This document shows, piece after piece, positions 50,369 through 62,381 of a stretch of 64,000 bases of DNA. Both the position numbers and the translations under genes were made by a program. Source of the stretch: Orbicella franksi (lineage: Eukaryota); contig OZ116701.1 of NCBI GenBank assembly GCA_964199315.1, forward strand, positions 4,526,001 through 4,590,000, in the 5' to 3' direction. Numbering within the stretch: the first letter of the stretch is position 1; each line of letters starts with the position of its first letter. The notes beneath the pieces are model-generated. The model was not told where the DNA came from, did not search any database, and saw only the letters and a list, made by a program, of their open reading frames with translations.

Positions 50369-50995
50369 ACAACAATGGCAGCAAATGACGCCCACAAATT
50401 TGTTTTTAAATTGTTTGGCCAATCCCCTTGTAACCTGATGTGTCTATGGTAAGCAGTGTTGTATTCAAGTTTAGTGTTTCAAAATTTTAAATTTATGTTC
50501 TGGAGAGATTTTAGATTTTGTAGCGATTTTAATGATCAAATCTTTCCAGTTTGTTGAATTTTCATATTCTTTTTGGATTTTTCTATATCAGTTTTTTAGT
50601 TGTTCTTGCATTTCTGAAAAAAAGTATTGAAATCTAACATTTATTAAAATCTAACAATTTACCTATTTCTTTAGTGTAGAAATAAAGAAGTAAACAAGAA
50701 TTGAAATCTAACATGGCGGATCCAAGATGGCGGATATTTTTAAAGATGACATCATTAAGGTGTATGAGAACGAAAATGTCACGTGATTATTTGCAAGTCC
50801 GGGTGCCTTACAAGCCTATTGAGTGTACTCTTTTGGAAATGCATATGGTCGGCTAAAAGAGTCCCATCCCTTCAGGCTCACGGACAAAACTAAAGTCCTA
50901 AATGTGGTTAAAAATATGGAACTGACGTGATTTTAATGTGTTTTGAGTAAACTGATTTAGGTAGTGGATATTGACTTCATATCATCAGTTCCTTC

Positions 50996-51272
50996 TTACT
51001 GCACTAATATGTAACCAATAGCTTTGATGTGTTTGTCGCCATTGTCTGGTAACCATGAAGCTTCGTTTCCACAGGTGTTGGAGTCATCACGATACTCTCC
51101 TGTACCAAACCCGATTCTGGAGTTACAACTGGAGCAGTGATTCTGCTGGTCACTAATGATACCTATTCTTTTTTTGGAGTAAATTTCGGCAGGTACAGCA
51201 TTGAACCCCTCCTTGCCACAGTTGAGCTACAATGAGGCATGAGAACCAATGAGCGTCTTCCACGTGTTATTA
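50996..51272 (-). pseudogene. Partial duplicate of the last exon of the USOMP5-like gene, with a premature stop
   Basis: NTWKTLIGSHASL*LNCGKEGFNA...[41 protein letters not shown] parallels the intact [24 protein letters not shown]...[14 protein letters not shown] at 51229-51227; the 5' half and the acceptor are missing. Confidence 0.85.
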
Positions 51273-51372
51273 CTTTTTATTTCATATTTGGTCTACAGTA
51301 CACTTATTCTCTAAAAATGGAAGCTTTTATGCGAACGATTCCTTGATAGGACATCATCAGACAGTGTTCTCA

Positions 51373-54300
51373 TCACTGGACTAAGATATAACCCATGGCT
51401 TTGATGTGTTTGCCTCCATTATCTGAACTCGAGTGAGCTTCGTTTCCACAGGTGTTGGAGTCATCATGATATCCTCCTGTACCAAACCCGATTCTCGAGT
51501 CAGGGGTGTCGCACTCGTTTCCATTGTTACCTAGGAAACCGATTCTTGCTTTAGACGAGCCCTGAATGCTACCTGCAGCATTGAATCCTTCCTTGTTACA
51601 GCCGACCTGCAAGGAGGCTTGTGAACCAATCAGTGACCTCCACGTGTTACGACCCAGTGAGGTGTTGCGGTATTGCCCGTCAGCGATCAATGAGTACAGA
51701 GAGATGGCCTTCTTGTTGATGACAATGAACTTGATCTGATTGCCGATCTTCATACCAAGACAGATCTTGGAGATGGATGTGTTCCAGTAGGTCGGTAACT
51801 TGGTCTCTTGTGAGTCAAACCCAGTCTCCCCTCCAGGAAGGTTGTATTCAGTTTTATTACTCCAGTACCCCGAGTCGTAATGAAAGGTACTCTGAGGAGA
51901 AAAAGTAAAAACGTTCTGTTCATTTTAAAATATGGATTGCCTCTTGTATATAAAGTATGATGCTCATTTAATCATCTAACTAAGGAATTCTTACAGAGTA
52001 CTGTTTTGGTGACTTCGTAAACATAACATTTTGTTGTAAACAATTTTCTTGTCCAAACGAATCCGCAAAACCAAAGGATTGCGTGAAACATCAAACATTA
52101 TGTTGAGAATCTCGACTAACTGAGCTGAGTTACTCCTGCTAAATCCCATCAAGAATAGCGAGTTCATTTCATTCCACCTATTAGTAGCCATTTTAGTTTT
52201 ACAGATAATGATTCTTGGCCATGGCCTGTACGAGTAGAGAGGTGATTTAATGTAACACCTTGTTGCCGTCAATCTTCATGACCGGCGTCCATCCTTCATC
52301 TCCACATCCAAAATCTCCCATGTGACAGAGAACAGGAATTGGTTTTGAGTCAATGAGGAGCGTAACCAGCTGACTCACGCTGGACCTGTTGGATGTGAAT
52401 AATAACGAAAGCTATTGAGTTGAAAGAACTTGAGATTGAGTTGAAATAAATGTTTACTGGTTTCAACACTGCTTACTTGTTAATATAATAGTTAAAGCTT
52501 AAATAGATAATTTGCTTGTTTTGTCTGAGAACTCTTCTAAATATGACGGCGGCAATACAAATTCTATGTTCATTCATCTGAACTTGAAGTTGATAAAGGG
52601 AGCGAGTTAACGCTGATGTTTAAATCGTTAGTCCTTCCATAGTTAACAGGGGGGAATGGTTATGAAACCCGACAAAGTTCTTTGTTCACTTTTTTGGCCT
52701 TAACCATGCACAAAACACAATAGTTGTTTACTCCGTACTGAGGAACTAACCAATAGAAACGTTACGTAATTGATGCATAGTTTATGAGCGCAAAACAAAA
52801 GATTGTGCACAGTCGAGGACCTTCCAACATAAATCTTGGCATCTCTGTTTGCTCCTTTGATGTTTGTCGGGCTTCATAACCAATCCTCTCTTTTAACTAT
52901 GATCCTTCGTCTTAAAAAAACGCTTTATTATCATATGGCTGTGTCTCGCAAGGACTGGAAACTACCAAATTCACGCGGTGCGAATATGATTGGCTCAAAT
53001 CGATAGTGATCACAGTCCAGATTTTCCCTTCTAGACCGGTATCTAGATCATTCTACCTTTTGCTTTCGTCGTGAGAAAGCTACAAACAATAAATACGAAT
53101 CATTTGCTTAACAGGTGGCCACGTTTTGTGAAAGTTGGTCTGTTTTTGGGGCTGTTTTCAAAGTTTACCTCAACGCTCTAATTAGGAACAGTTAAAGGTT
53201 AGATTTAAAACGTAGTGCTTAACAACCACCTTCAAATTCGATCGTTGGTACTTGACTAGAAAGTTACTTAATCGTGATTGGCTGGGAACAGGCCAATCGA
53301 TCGTAAACTTTTAATTTGCTCCGCAGTGCAAATAAACGCGCGCGAGTTAGAAATTTTCTTAGTCAGATAATTAATAAGTAATCGCACGAAACCTTGAGTA
53401 ATCAGAAGGATTTACTCTAGCTACTCGTGATATATTTCAAAATTCTTACAAATTGCGTTCGCCTAAAGGCTCGCACAATTTTGGGAGAATTTTCGAATAT
53501 CACTCGTAGTGTAAATGCTTAACTGAACACGCATTCATATGATTACCTAGAATGGGAATAAGGAAAATAAGAACTAAAATAAGGACTCTTGACCAATGGT
53601 AATCATGAGAACTTTTTTTAACATATCTAACATTTATAATTATTGACTTACTTGTATGCGTTGTACAGTTCTTTGCATGACGTCATAGCTGAAAACGAAA
53701 AAAAAAAATAATGATATTTAACTATTAGTACAACTGATGCTTAATAGTTGGTTTCCATATCAGGCAAATGATCGCTACGATCAATAAAAAAAGGTCAGCT
53801 GATCATTGCTCGGACCATATGGCAACAACCCTTCAGCAAACGTACTGATTGTTGGGATGAAAACTTTAATGAAATCAGTGCACCGTTGGTTGATCCAGGT
53901 CCTCTCAGACAGTATTTTTATACTGCAGCGATTGAAACAGTCATAAGCACACTGGTAGTCGGATGTAGTCGTTCAACCAATTCTGGAGCAATGTCAACGT
54001 TCGTAGCTATCGCATGGAGGTGACCACCTTAAAACAGTTCAAATGAAACAAATCCAATTGAATAAAGTTGGCAGTTTACCTTTCTCACAATATTTACCAA
54101 TGAATCCTTTGTCACAATGGCATTCAAAACTGTCATACTTGTAATTCGTCACACAGGTACCTCCATTTTGACACGGCATGGAAGAACAGGGCGACTGAAA
54201 TAAGAACAAATGATTCATGGTTATAAACGAAACTTGGTTTGATGATTTGGAGTAAAGTAGCAATATCAGTGTGGTAAAGAAACGTATGTATCAGAAAGCA

Positions 54301-57300
54301 GGCCCTACCTTAGTGAAAAAGTGATGCGAAGTCATGTTTTCATTGTACTCTCTGAAGTTTCTGTACCTATCAGAAGACAGCAGATCGCACCAAAGTTTTC
54401 CATCTTCTCCTTTGGAGGCAGCCAAGTTAAAAGAAAGGCACGAGGGACTGCTGAGGCATTCAAAGATGCAATCAAAGATGTCGTACACGGTGAATGTTCC
54501 AACTCGAGTCACATTCAGATAATGGAACTCGTCCTTTGAGAACTGACGCTGTTTAAAAGTCTGACTGAAAGAAGAGTCATCTGGTTGAAAAGCATTTGTT
54601 CCTGGGGAAAGAACAATAATATATGTGCATTGTTAAGAGCAAACAAGTGAATAGAGCTCACATCTCGTTCGTTGTTTTACCCGGCCCTAAAAGAGCGCTA
54701 TTAGAAAACTATTATAACCGCAGATTACCTGAGTAATTCGTCTACAAAAAATTAACATTGAGGACAAATTTGTTACAAGTTTGAGCGGATTAAAGCTTTC
54801 AAGTATATAAAAAGCATCTTGCTGTTGAATTTTAAAACATTCACGACAGTGCCAAAATAGAAATCATTTAGGTTTTAATGACAAATTAGTAAACTTAATT
54901 ATTTTAATAGCAGATAACTGGCTGAAGAAAAGTCGACTCACGTGAAAAATATTAACTGCTATGGAATGCTCTGGTCAACATGTATTTATCTTGGAAAACA
55001 ATATTTTAGTCGCTTGTGGATTTTTTCCCCAATTTTTAAAAGAATGTGTTTCCTACAAACAGTGCACATAAGTTTTGGCTATTATCAGGATTCATCCATG
55101 GTTCAGAGTTTTTAGGTTACAATATTACACTCACCTTCTCTTGTTTTGCGGTTGGCAAGTAAAAATGTAACAATGAAATGTTGTTGTAATTTGTGTTCTT
55201 TCTCAACTTAGCCGTATTAAGTCTGATGCGGTCTTAGCTTTAAAGTGCCGCCTGCCCAGCTGCCTGCCTACCTGTCGAAGCGCAGTTTCAAAACCCGAAA
55301 CGCTAGCTGCTTTAAGGATTCTTCCTATCGTGCGCTTCGAAACATTTAGTTCAGATTTAATTCTGTAGCATTTTGCTTTCGTCCGAGTAAAAAGAAAAGT
55401 TACCCAAAAACTAAGGGAAGTCTTCAACTTGTAAGCAGATGTGGAGTAGTAACCCCACAAGAAAAGTAAACTGAAGACACTTCGGCAGATGGAAGGTAGA
55501 AGAATCTTTATGAATGTAGTTTTAACGTAGCATGAAGTCGTTAATTTGTTTCACGAATAACCTTGTTAGCTGAGTCATTTTGTACCCCGCGAATCCAACA
55601 GAGCTTGTCGGCAGGCGAGTCACCCTGCCTCGAAGCATGCATGGCATGGTTCTGGCAAACGTAAATCCCGAATGTTTCGACGCGCGATGGTCTGTATTTA
55701 GTTTGCACTGAAAGTCGAGCGTTTGAACGGCGGAGAGTGGCCTCGTGATTGTTTAGTTTTAGGCAGAACAGTTTACTCTAGATCTCATGAAATACAACTG
55801 TCAATCATTCGTAAGCGAAACTGCAGCGATAGCAATGCTCATTCGATTTCAACTTTATGAAAGACCTTAACAGTCGCTTATACATCGGAAATCGTAATCA
55901 AGCGTCAACATTGCATGTTCCGAAAGACTCGGCTGACACAGCATGCAAAGTAAGATTGCTTTTCCTCTCTGAGGACGGTTTTGTTAAGAGAAGAGGTTTA
56001 AGAAGAAATCAAACCTCCGAAAAAAGAATTCTTTCATTAATCATATCTTAATCAGTGGCGGATCTATAGAGGGGCCCGGTGGCCCAGCCCTCCCCTTATT
56101 TTGGGTATAAAAAGAAAAAACCACAGAACGAAGAAAAGCCGGCAGGGCAAACAAAACAACAACGCCTCCCCCCATCTTTTAGCTCAAGGTATGGATTCGC
56201 CACAGTTCATGAATTGTGTAACACCTCAACTGTCTTTGAGCATTTGTTTTTAATTAAGCAACTAGCGAGAATCTAACCCGTGTATTTTTTTTGTAGACAA
56301 GATACTTTACTCTCACAGTAACGGTGGAGATCACTTCGTAGTAGAAAACATACAAAAGTCACACAGCTTGGTGACAGTCTTCTTTGAACCACAAAAAAAC
56401 AGATTAATAATGCATCGCGCTTTGACAAAAGGACTGATTAACTGCGTCTGCCGAAGGATTCTGAGAGACTTCACCGACTCAACAGACAAGTGTATAGCGT
56501 CGAAGTCTCGTCATAATTAAGACAAAGCAAAGCATGTTCTCTTGTAGAAAAGGTTAATATTCTTTGCCACATATATAACTTGACTTTAAAGGGTACTGAA
56601 CACAACATCTGTCTTCAAACATAAGAGTTTTATTAAGCGACTAAAGATCTAGCATCTAAACTGAGGAACAATTGGCCCTTGTTATCAGAGAAGACAGAAA
56701 GAGAAAAACACAATAGATGGAAACAGTGGACATGATCAATAAGACGATTCATTTCGTAGGCTTTAAAATTTTAAGCCAATAGTTATAATTGAATATGATA
56801 ATGTTTCGTTATTATTAATAATTTATATAAAGAACTGTCTAGTGTCACGGCTGGTTAGTTAAATAAAACAAAATGAGCGAGTTTTTATAAACAGGCCTTT
56901 GAAAATTCATTAAATATCAAGGGATGTACCGTTAATATAGAACCAATTTGGTAAAATGTGTTATTGATATTGAGGTGATGTTCATAAATTTCTGTTCGTC
57001 AGTTTGCCTAATCGGGTGTCAGTGAAGACAAATGCGCCGCCATGGCTTATTTCTAGCGTTATTCCTTGACCTGAAGTTAAAATTTGGTCAGAGTTGGTTT
57101 GTTATGTTATCGTAACTTTTATTCAACCCTGGAATAACATTCGAAATGAACATTCCTCTTGAATTTCTGTAGTCGTCCTGTGATGTGTTTTATGATTGTT
57201 TTCCCAAAATAATTCCATAATCGCATCCCTAACACGAGAAAAGTTCACGAATCGTAACTTTTCAATAAAAACCCGATGTGTTTGTAGTTTTCATTTGCAA

Positions 57301-59949
57301 AACAGTTCTGCGCCAATTTTTAACTTGTTGGTGAATGAATATTTTCCAGTTCCGTAGGTTTTACTTCGCCAATAATTATCATTTAGCTGATGATATTTCG
57401 ATCATCATTAATAATTTAGACAAAGAGCTGTTTCTAGCGTTGTGGCTGGTTTGCTATATAAAACAAAATAAATGTCTTTATAAGCAAATGATAATTCATT
57501 AACTATCAAGAGGTACACTGTTATTTGACCAACTTTGGTAAAATGTGTTTTTAATATGCAGTGATGAAGTGCTTCAGAGGATGTAAATTTCTGTTCTTTA
57601 GTTTATCTCAATAGGCGTGAAGCAAAATGTACCGCCATAGCGTAATTCCAGCGTTATCCCTTGGTCAGACCTTAAAATCCTGCTGGGTCAGAGTCGCTTT
57701 TAAATGTTATCTGAACTTATAATCAACCCTGAAATCACGTACTATCACATTCGCACTCAACGTTCCTCTTGGAGTTCTGTAGTCTTCTAAAAAACCGTCT
57801 CACGATGTTTGTTGTGATGGTTTCTTCAAAGTAATTCCATAAACGCTCGCTCGGATACCCTTGTTCCAGGCCATCACTCTTTTTTTAAAGTGAGCTATTG
57901 CGAGTGTTTCGGAAGCTGTAAGTCTTCTTATTTTCCATGCGGGGAAGTTACATTTAGCAGGACGTTGTTTAATACGGCTGATGGGCATTTTTTTTCGCTT
58001 GTAAGTTTATAATTTTCGAGCCTGGCGAGTGAGAAAATGGAAGCTTATGTTATTATACAAAATTGTTAAACAATGCTATATCAGCGGTATAATAAAATGA
58101 TTTTACGGTATTTTATTTTCGATGGAAATTAAAAAAAAATAAAGCGCTTTTCAGTTAATTCCAGCCTTGCAGTATATCGTTAGCTCGCTCAAATTAGCTT
58201 TCAATGGAAAGCGGAACTTTTTCTTATACAGGTGACTTCGATTGTTAACGTCGGTTTTCAAAGTTGTCTTAAAGCACCAGGTTCTTCCTACTCCTTTGAA
58301 CGGCAGGGACGGTATTTACCAGATAAATCGCTATCCAGTGAGATAAGTGTTAACAAAACAACCCGCGCTATCTACCGCATAGTGAACTATCTGGTGGATA
58401 GCGTTATCCACCTTTCGAGCAACCCAGGCCAGGAGACTTACTTTGTAGCTTGCAAGGAAAGCTTGTTGGCAGGCGAGTCACCTATCCTCCAAATAAACGG
58501 AATATTGATCACGGTGGTATGGTTCTTTTAGACGTACATGTATGTACGTAACGTTTGGCTCGTGAAAGCTAATGGAGTGTTAAGAGAGGAATCGTTCGAC
58601 CACACGACCAAGCTAAGGTTGTTTAAATTAATAAGATTGCTACAATCTTTGTATTGCGCGGGAACTGAAAGGTGAGACTTTAAGCGAGAGTGGCCTCGCT
58701 CGTGATTGTTTCTTTAGGTTGTTTCTGCAGCGGTAGCAATACTTACTCACCTTTATAAAGATTTTAATAGTCGCTTACACATCGGAAATCGTAATCAAGC
58801 GCCAGCATTGCATGTTCCGAAAGAGTCGACGGACATGGCATGTAAAATATGATTGCTTTTTCTCTCTGAGGTTTTCGAAAGAGAAGAGGAAAAAGAAGAA
58901 AACAAACTTCTTCGAAAAGGGATTCTCTCTCAGTGAATTATGCTTAAAAGTATTGTCTGACATATGTTTGCTTTTTTTTTTATACAGTTGAATGCTATGA
59001 AACAACTAGCAAGAATGTGGTCCGCGTTTTCTATTGTAAACAAGACACTTTTAACACTTTTCTCTCACACTAACGGCGGAACACTTGTAGTACAAATCAT
59101 ACAAGATGTTTGGGTGTGTAGCAGGATTCTTTAAACTAGAAAAGGGGATTAAAAATGCTAACTAAAGCTCCTCTCAATTTACTTCATTTCCTTCAAGCTT
59201 TGAAACAGGACCGATTCAAGGCGCCCGCCAAGGGACAACTCCGAAAAAACTCAGTCCACGGAATCAACAGACAAGTGTATAGCATTGATAATTTCCCTCG
59301 TCGAAGCCTCGTCATAATTAAGACAAAATAGGACATTCTCTCGTGGAAAAGAGATTTATCCCTAACCATTTCTATATAACTTGTTTTTAAAGTGTGCCGG
59401 ACACATCACCTGCTTAAAAGCATTAACAGCTAAACATTATCAAGCAACTAAAGTTTTAGAATCTTACCTGAAGAACAATAGGTCCTTGCTATCAGAGAAG
59501 ACAGCAAGAGGAAAACACAAAAATAGGTAGACATGATCGTTTCCTGAGGAAAGACGAGGAAAGTCGACAAATTGCTACAATGGACGGAACTGCGATAAGT
59601 TTGTGTTTTCCAGTTTCAAACAGATCAGTGTCAATTTTAACGCGTTCGTGAATAAGCTTCGGCTTACGTAGGTTTTACTTAGCCAATTATCATTTAGCTG
59701 ATGATGTTTCGATTATCATTGGTAATTTATATCTGTCTGTAGTGTTGTGGCTGGTTATTTGAATAAGGCAGCATATGTCTTTATAAACAGGTGAAAACTC
59801 ACTAATTAGATATCATGGGCTGTAGCTTTATATGACCAGTTTTTGTAAAATATGTTATTACTCACCGGGTATGAATTGCCTGAGGTGATGTTCATCAATG
59901 TCTGTTCTTCAGTTAATCTTATCGGGCGTGAAGACAAATGAACCGTCAT
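51373..59949 (-). CDS. Secreted PAN/Apple + EGF + USOMP5-like (uncharacterized skeletal organic matrix protein 5-like) protein; 7 exons, 416 aa (385 aa from the signal-peptide ATG)
   Basis: Exons: 59949-59866; 59543-59468 (signal peptide [25 protein letters not shown] 59534); 54601-54309 (PAN/Apple-like C-x3-C-x5-C-x-S-F-N...C); 54194-54080 ([17 protein letters not shown]...CHC...G.YCE); 53688-53652 (TSCKELY); 52385-52259; 51891-51373. All introns are GT-AG with matching phases 0,1,0,1,2,0. The C-terminal domain ([10 protein letters not shown]...TKLPTYW...KICLGMK...RIGFGTGG...CGN...[11 protein letters not shown]) matches, from memory, the coral USOMP5-like family. The last five exons are firm; the two 5' exons are less certain. 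Confidence 0.85.
52930..53552. repeat. Interspersed repeats within an intron of the USOMP5-like gene
   Basis: The block at about 53275-53350 recurs at about 59995-60070 (TTTTAATTTGC.C.GCAGTGCAAAT...GCGCGCG); the 53400-53550 part has inverted-repeat character. Confidence 0.5.
56053..56205. mobile_element. hAT-type MITE remnant
   Basis: Termini CAGTGGCGGATCTA and ATGGATTCGCCACAG are imperfect TIRs. The element is absent from the paralogous block near 58900, so it inserted after the duplication. No clean TSD. Confidence 0.65.
56661..57043 (-). pseudogene. Dead duplicate of the USOMP5-like 5' exons
   Basis: The signal exon copy [24 protein letters not shown] (56733-56661) ends G|TTTAGA instead of G|GTAAGA. 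The exon-A copy (ATG 57043) has a frameshift, a stop and no donor. Confidence 0.75.
58277..58432. mobile_element. Degenerate palindromic MITE (GGATAGCG/CGCTATCC family)
   Basis: CCAGATAAATCGCTATCCA pairs internally with ATAGTGAACTATCTGGTGGATAGCG; right terminus CTTTCGAGCAACCCAGGCCAG; the left terminus is decayed. Confidence 0.55.
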
Positions 59950-60480
59950 GGGGTATTCATAGCGTTATTTTGAGACTGAGAGAATTGCTTCAATTAAGTG
60001 GCTGTGAGCAGGCCTGTTAATCGTTAATTTTTAATTTGCCCTGCAGTGCAAATTGGCGCGCGCACATTTGCAATTTTTTTTTATTTATCCTACAACTAAG
60101 ATACAGTGCAAAAGTACTGAATTATGATTGGCCGAGACAAAAGAGATTTTTTTCTTAAGTTTTTGTACCTCGAGGGCAAAATTGATTGAAAATGATTGGC
60201 CATCAGGTTGCTAGGCAACGGTAAAAAACTGCTTTGATATTGTTTTGCAACAATGGCGTCTCTTTTCGAGAAAGTTGAGCCGGGATTAATTTATTGAAGA
60301 ACTAATGGAAGTGAGCGAAAATGTAAACACTAAAACGAAAACATGCAGACTGAAAGAACATTTCTATGAAGTGGAGAAGTTGAAAACTGACGGAAAAAAG
60401 ATAAAAACGAACAGCCAGTTACCTTTGCGTAATCGATCATTTGTCCCGCCTCCCCAGGGGGAAGCTTATAAATAAAAAAA

Positions 60481-60990
60481 TATATGCACGGATATTTGTC
60501 CGCGGACATTATCTGTTCCGAGAAGCGAACAGTTTCCCGAGAGCGTAGCTCGAGGACAACTATGAGCAGTTGAGGAACAAATAATGTCCAAGGACAAATA
60601 GCCGAGCATATTTTCGCGCCAAATGGAGGCTATTGTGTTTATTATCCTTCAAATAATTTCCACAACACGAGCGGTTTTGAAAATTGGGGAATATCACCCA
60701 GATATTCCCCAGTTTTAGCTGGGGAATGCTCAGTCACGTGACGCGTTTAGACCAATCGGGGGCGAACAAAAATGTTTGATGGATTATAATGTTGGTTAAC
60801 CTCATTGCAGCAGTGTTCTTAAGTAGGTATGTCAAAGGGGTATCTTTTTTAAAAAATGAAAGGTAAAGGAGTCGCTTTTCTGTCAAAATGGTGAACAAAG
60901 GGGGTAGAGGTTGAACCTCGGGGTGGAGATTCCCGATATGAAACTTTCCAGAGTACCTCATGGGTCATTTGTTGATCTGGTACAAGAAAC
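60481..60990. repeat. Cluster of interspersed repeat fragments
   Basis: Internal inverted repeats GGATATTTGTCCGCGGACATTATCTGTTCC / GAGGAACAAATAATGTCCAAGGACAAATAGCC and TGGGGAATATC / GATATTCCCCA. Confidence 0.55.
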
Positions 60991-61436
60991 CTCAAATGCG
61001 CAAAACCACCCCCAGCCTGATAGGGCACTTGGCTCGTATGCAGGCTGTAATACCATGTTTACAATTCGTCATGCATGTACGGAAATTTACTTGTGGCGCT
61101 ATTTTAATGCCGCTTTACCTGAGATTCGGAACCAATTACATCTTTTACAAAATTGCATGTAGCTATCGGTTTTCCTTCGAGTGGAAATAATTTAGTGTTC
61201 AGTCGGCTTGCAGCTGGTTGAGTACGTTACACCAAGAGAAAATGAGGGTCCCTCATTTTCTCTTGGTTACACTTATATTTAAGCGTGTGCTGCAACAATA
61301 TTCAACTTACATTTTATTACAGCCTGATTGTTGCAACACGTTAAAAAGAAATTACGGCATTTGCGACATTTACAGTGGCGATAAATTAGGGCTTGAAATG
61401 TTAATTGTTTTAAAAAATTTTACGGCCATTACCCTC

Positions 61437-62381
61437 ATTCGCCTTTATCGCACAGCAGCCATCTTGGATTGACGTCATGTACTTTTGACACCAATGCGAG
61501 GCCACGCGTGTAAAGTCAGCTTCCGGCGATCGAGGAGACAAGGCGATCATCTGCAATCATGTCCAACGGAGATCACTGTTGCGTGCCGCAATGTAAAAAT
61601 AATCGCGCTAGAAATATTCCAAATCATACCTTTCACCAATTTCCCAGTGATGAAGCCATTCGAAAGTAGTGGGTTGTCAAAATACGGCGAGACGTGGGCA
61701 AAAGTGTCCAGGTAAGTTGGTTAGGTTATCGATGTCATTGTTGCGCACATGTATTTACATTAATTATTATGATCTGGTCCATCTACAGATAACAAACAGC
61801 ACAAGAGTATGTTCTGTAGACTTTAAGGAAGCGGATTTTCAGACAACTTTAACAGGGAAGCGTGTTCTGGAGAAGCATGCAGTTCCGAGTATTTTTTGCT
61901 GGTCAAGATCACCCAGGAAAAGAAAATCTCCGACAAAGCGAGAACCACCGCGTGCACGAGTGCGATTGTTTGATGTAAGCGTGCCATCGTCCCCTGTCAC
62001 TGTGACAGGTACATATTGTTGTCGATATTTCTTTAAACATTCCTTGGTTAAAATCGTAAAATAATCAGAAGTATTTTTATGTTTTTCATTTTAATCCATA
62101 GCATCAACTTTTGGCCAAGCTTCTGGTGAGGAAAGTTCTATGGAGGTCCAACCGGAACTGTCATCCTCTCCTGTTGTTGTAGACTTCTCGGAGCCAATAT
62201 ACACTGTCACTGTCACAGGTAAATATTGTTGTCGGTATGTCCACCAGATTGCAGTACCAAAACTCTGAAGAAATCAAAGTACTCGCTGACTCAGCCATGA
62301 TGTTTCAACACGCGTGGCCTCGCTTTCATGCGAAAAATGGTGACGTTGCATCCAACATGGCGGACTGTGATTAAGGCGAAT
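61437..62381. mobile_element. Internally deleted TIR DNA transposon carrying a THAP gene (superfamily undecided: Harbinger, P or Kolobok)
   Basis: Left ATTCGCCTTTATCGCACAGCAGCCATCTTGGAT...GCGAGGCCACGCGTGT matches the reverse complement of the right end, ATTCGCCTTAATCACAGTCCGCCATGTTGGAT...GCGAGGCCACGCGTGT. No transposase catalytic domain is visible. Confidence 0.7.
61559..62218 (+). pseudogene. Disabled THAP-domain gene, 3 exons
   Basis: Exons 61559-61711, 61789-62008 and 62102-62218 (GT-AG, phases 0 and 1) give MSNGDHCCVPQCKNN...FHQFPSDEAIRK*W...RVCSVDF...AVPSIF. THAP hallmarks are present, but with TAG at 61667-61669 and the zinc-ligand His replaced by Asp. Confidence 0.85.

Larger units (their letters stand above)
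55560..59970. repeat. Local segmental duplication of the USOMP5-like 5' module (about 55600-57400 versus 58460-59970; the exon-A block is present three times)
   Basis: Colinear shared blocks: GCTTGT.GGCAGGCGAGTCACC (55604/58461), CATCGGAAATCGTAATCAAGCG (55883/58780), TCAACAGACAAGTGTATAGC (56479/59263) and ATCAGAGAAGACAG (56684/59491). A further block recurs at about 56790, 57425 and 59735. Confidence 0.85.

Noticed and set aside
20255-51373. Functional link between the DMRT pair and the USOMP5-like gene
   Set aside because: Adjacency alone is not evidence in an animal genome, and nothing in the sequence ties them together.
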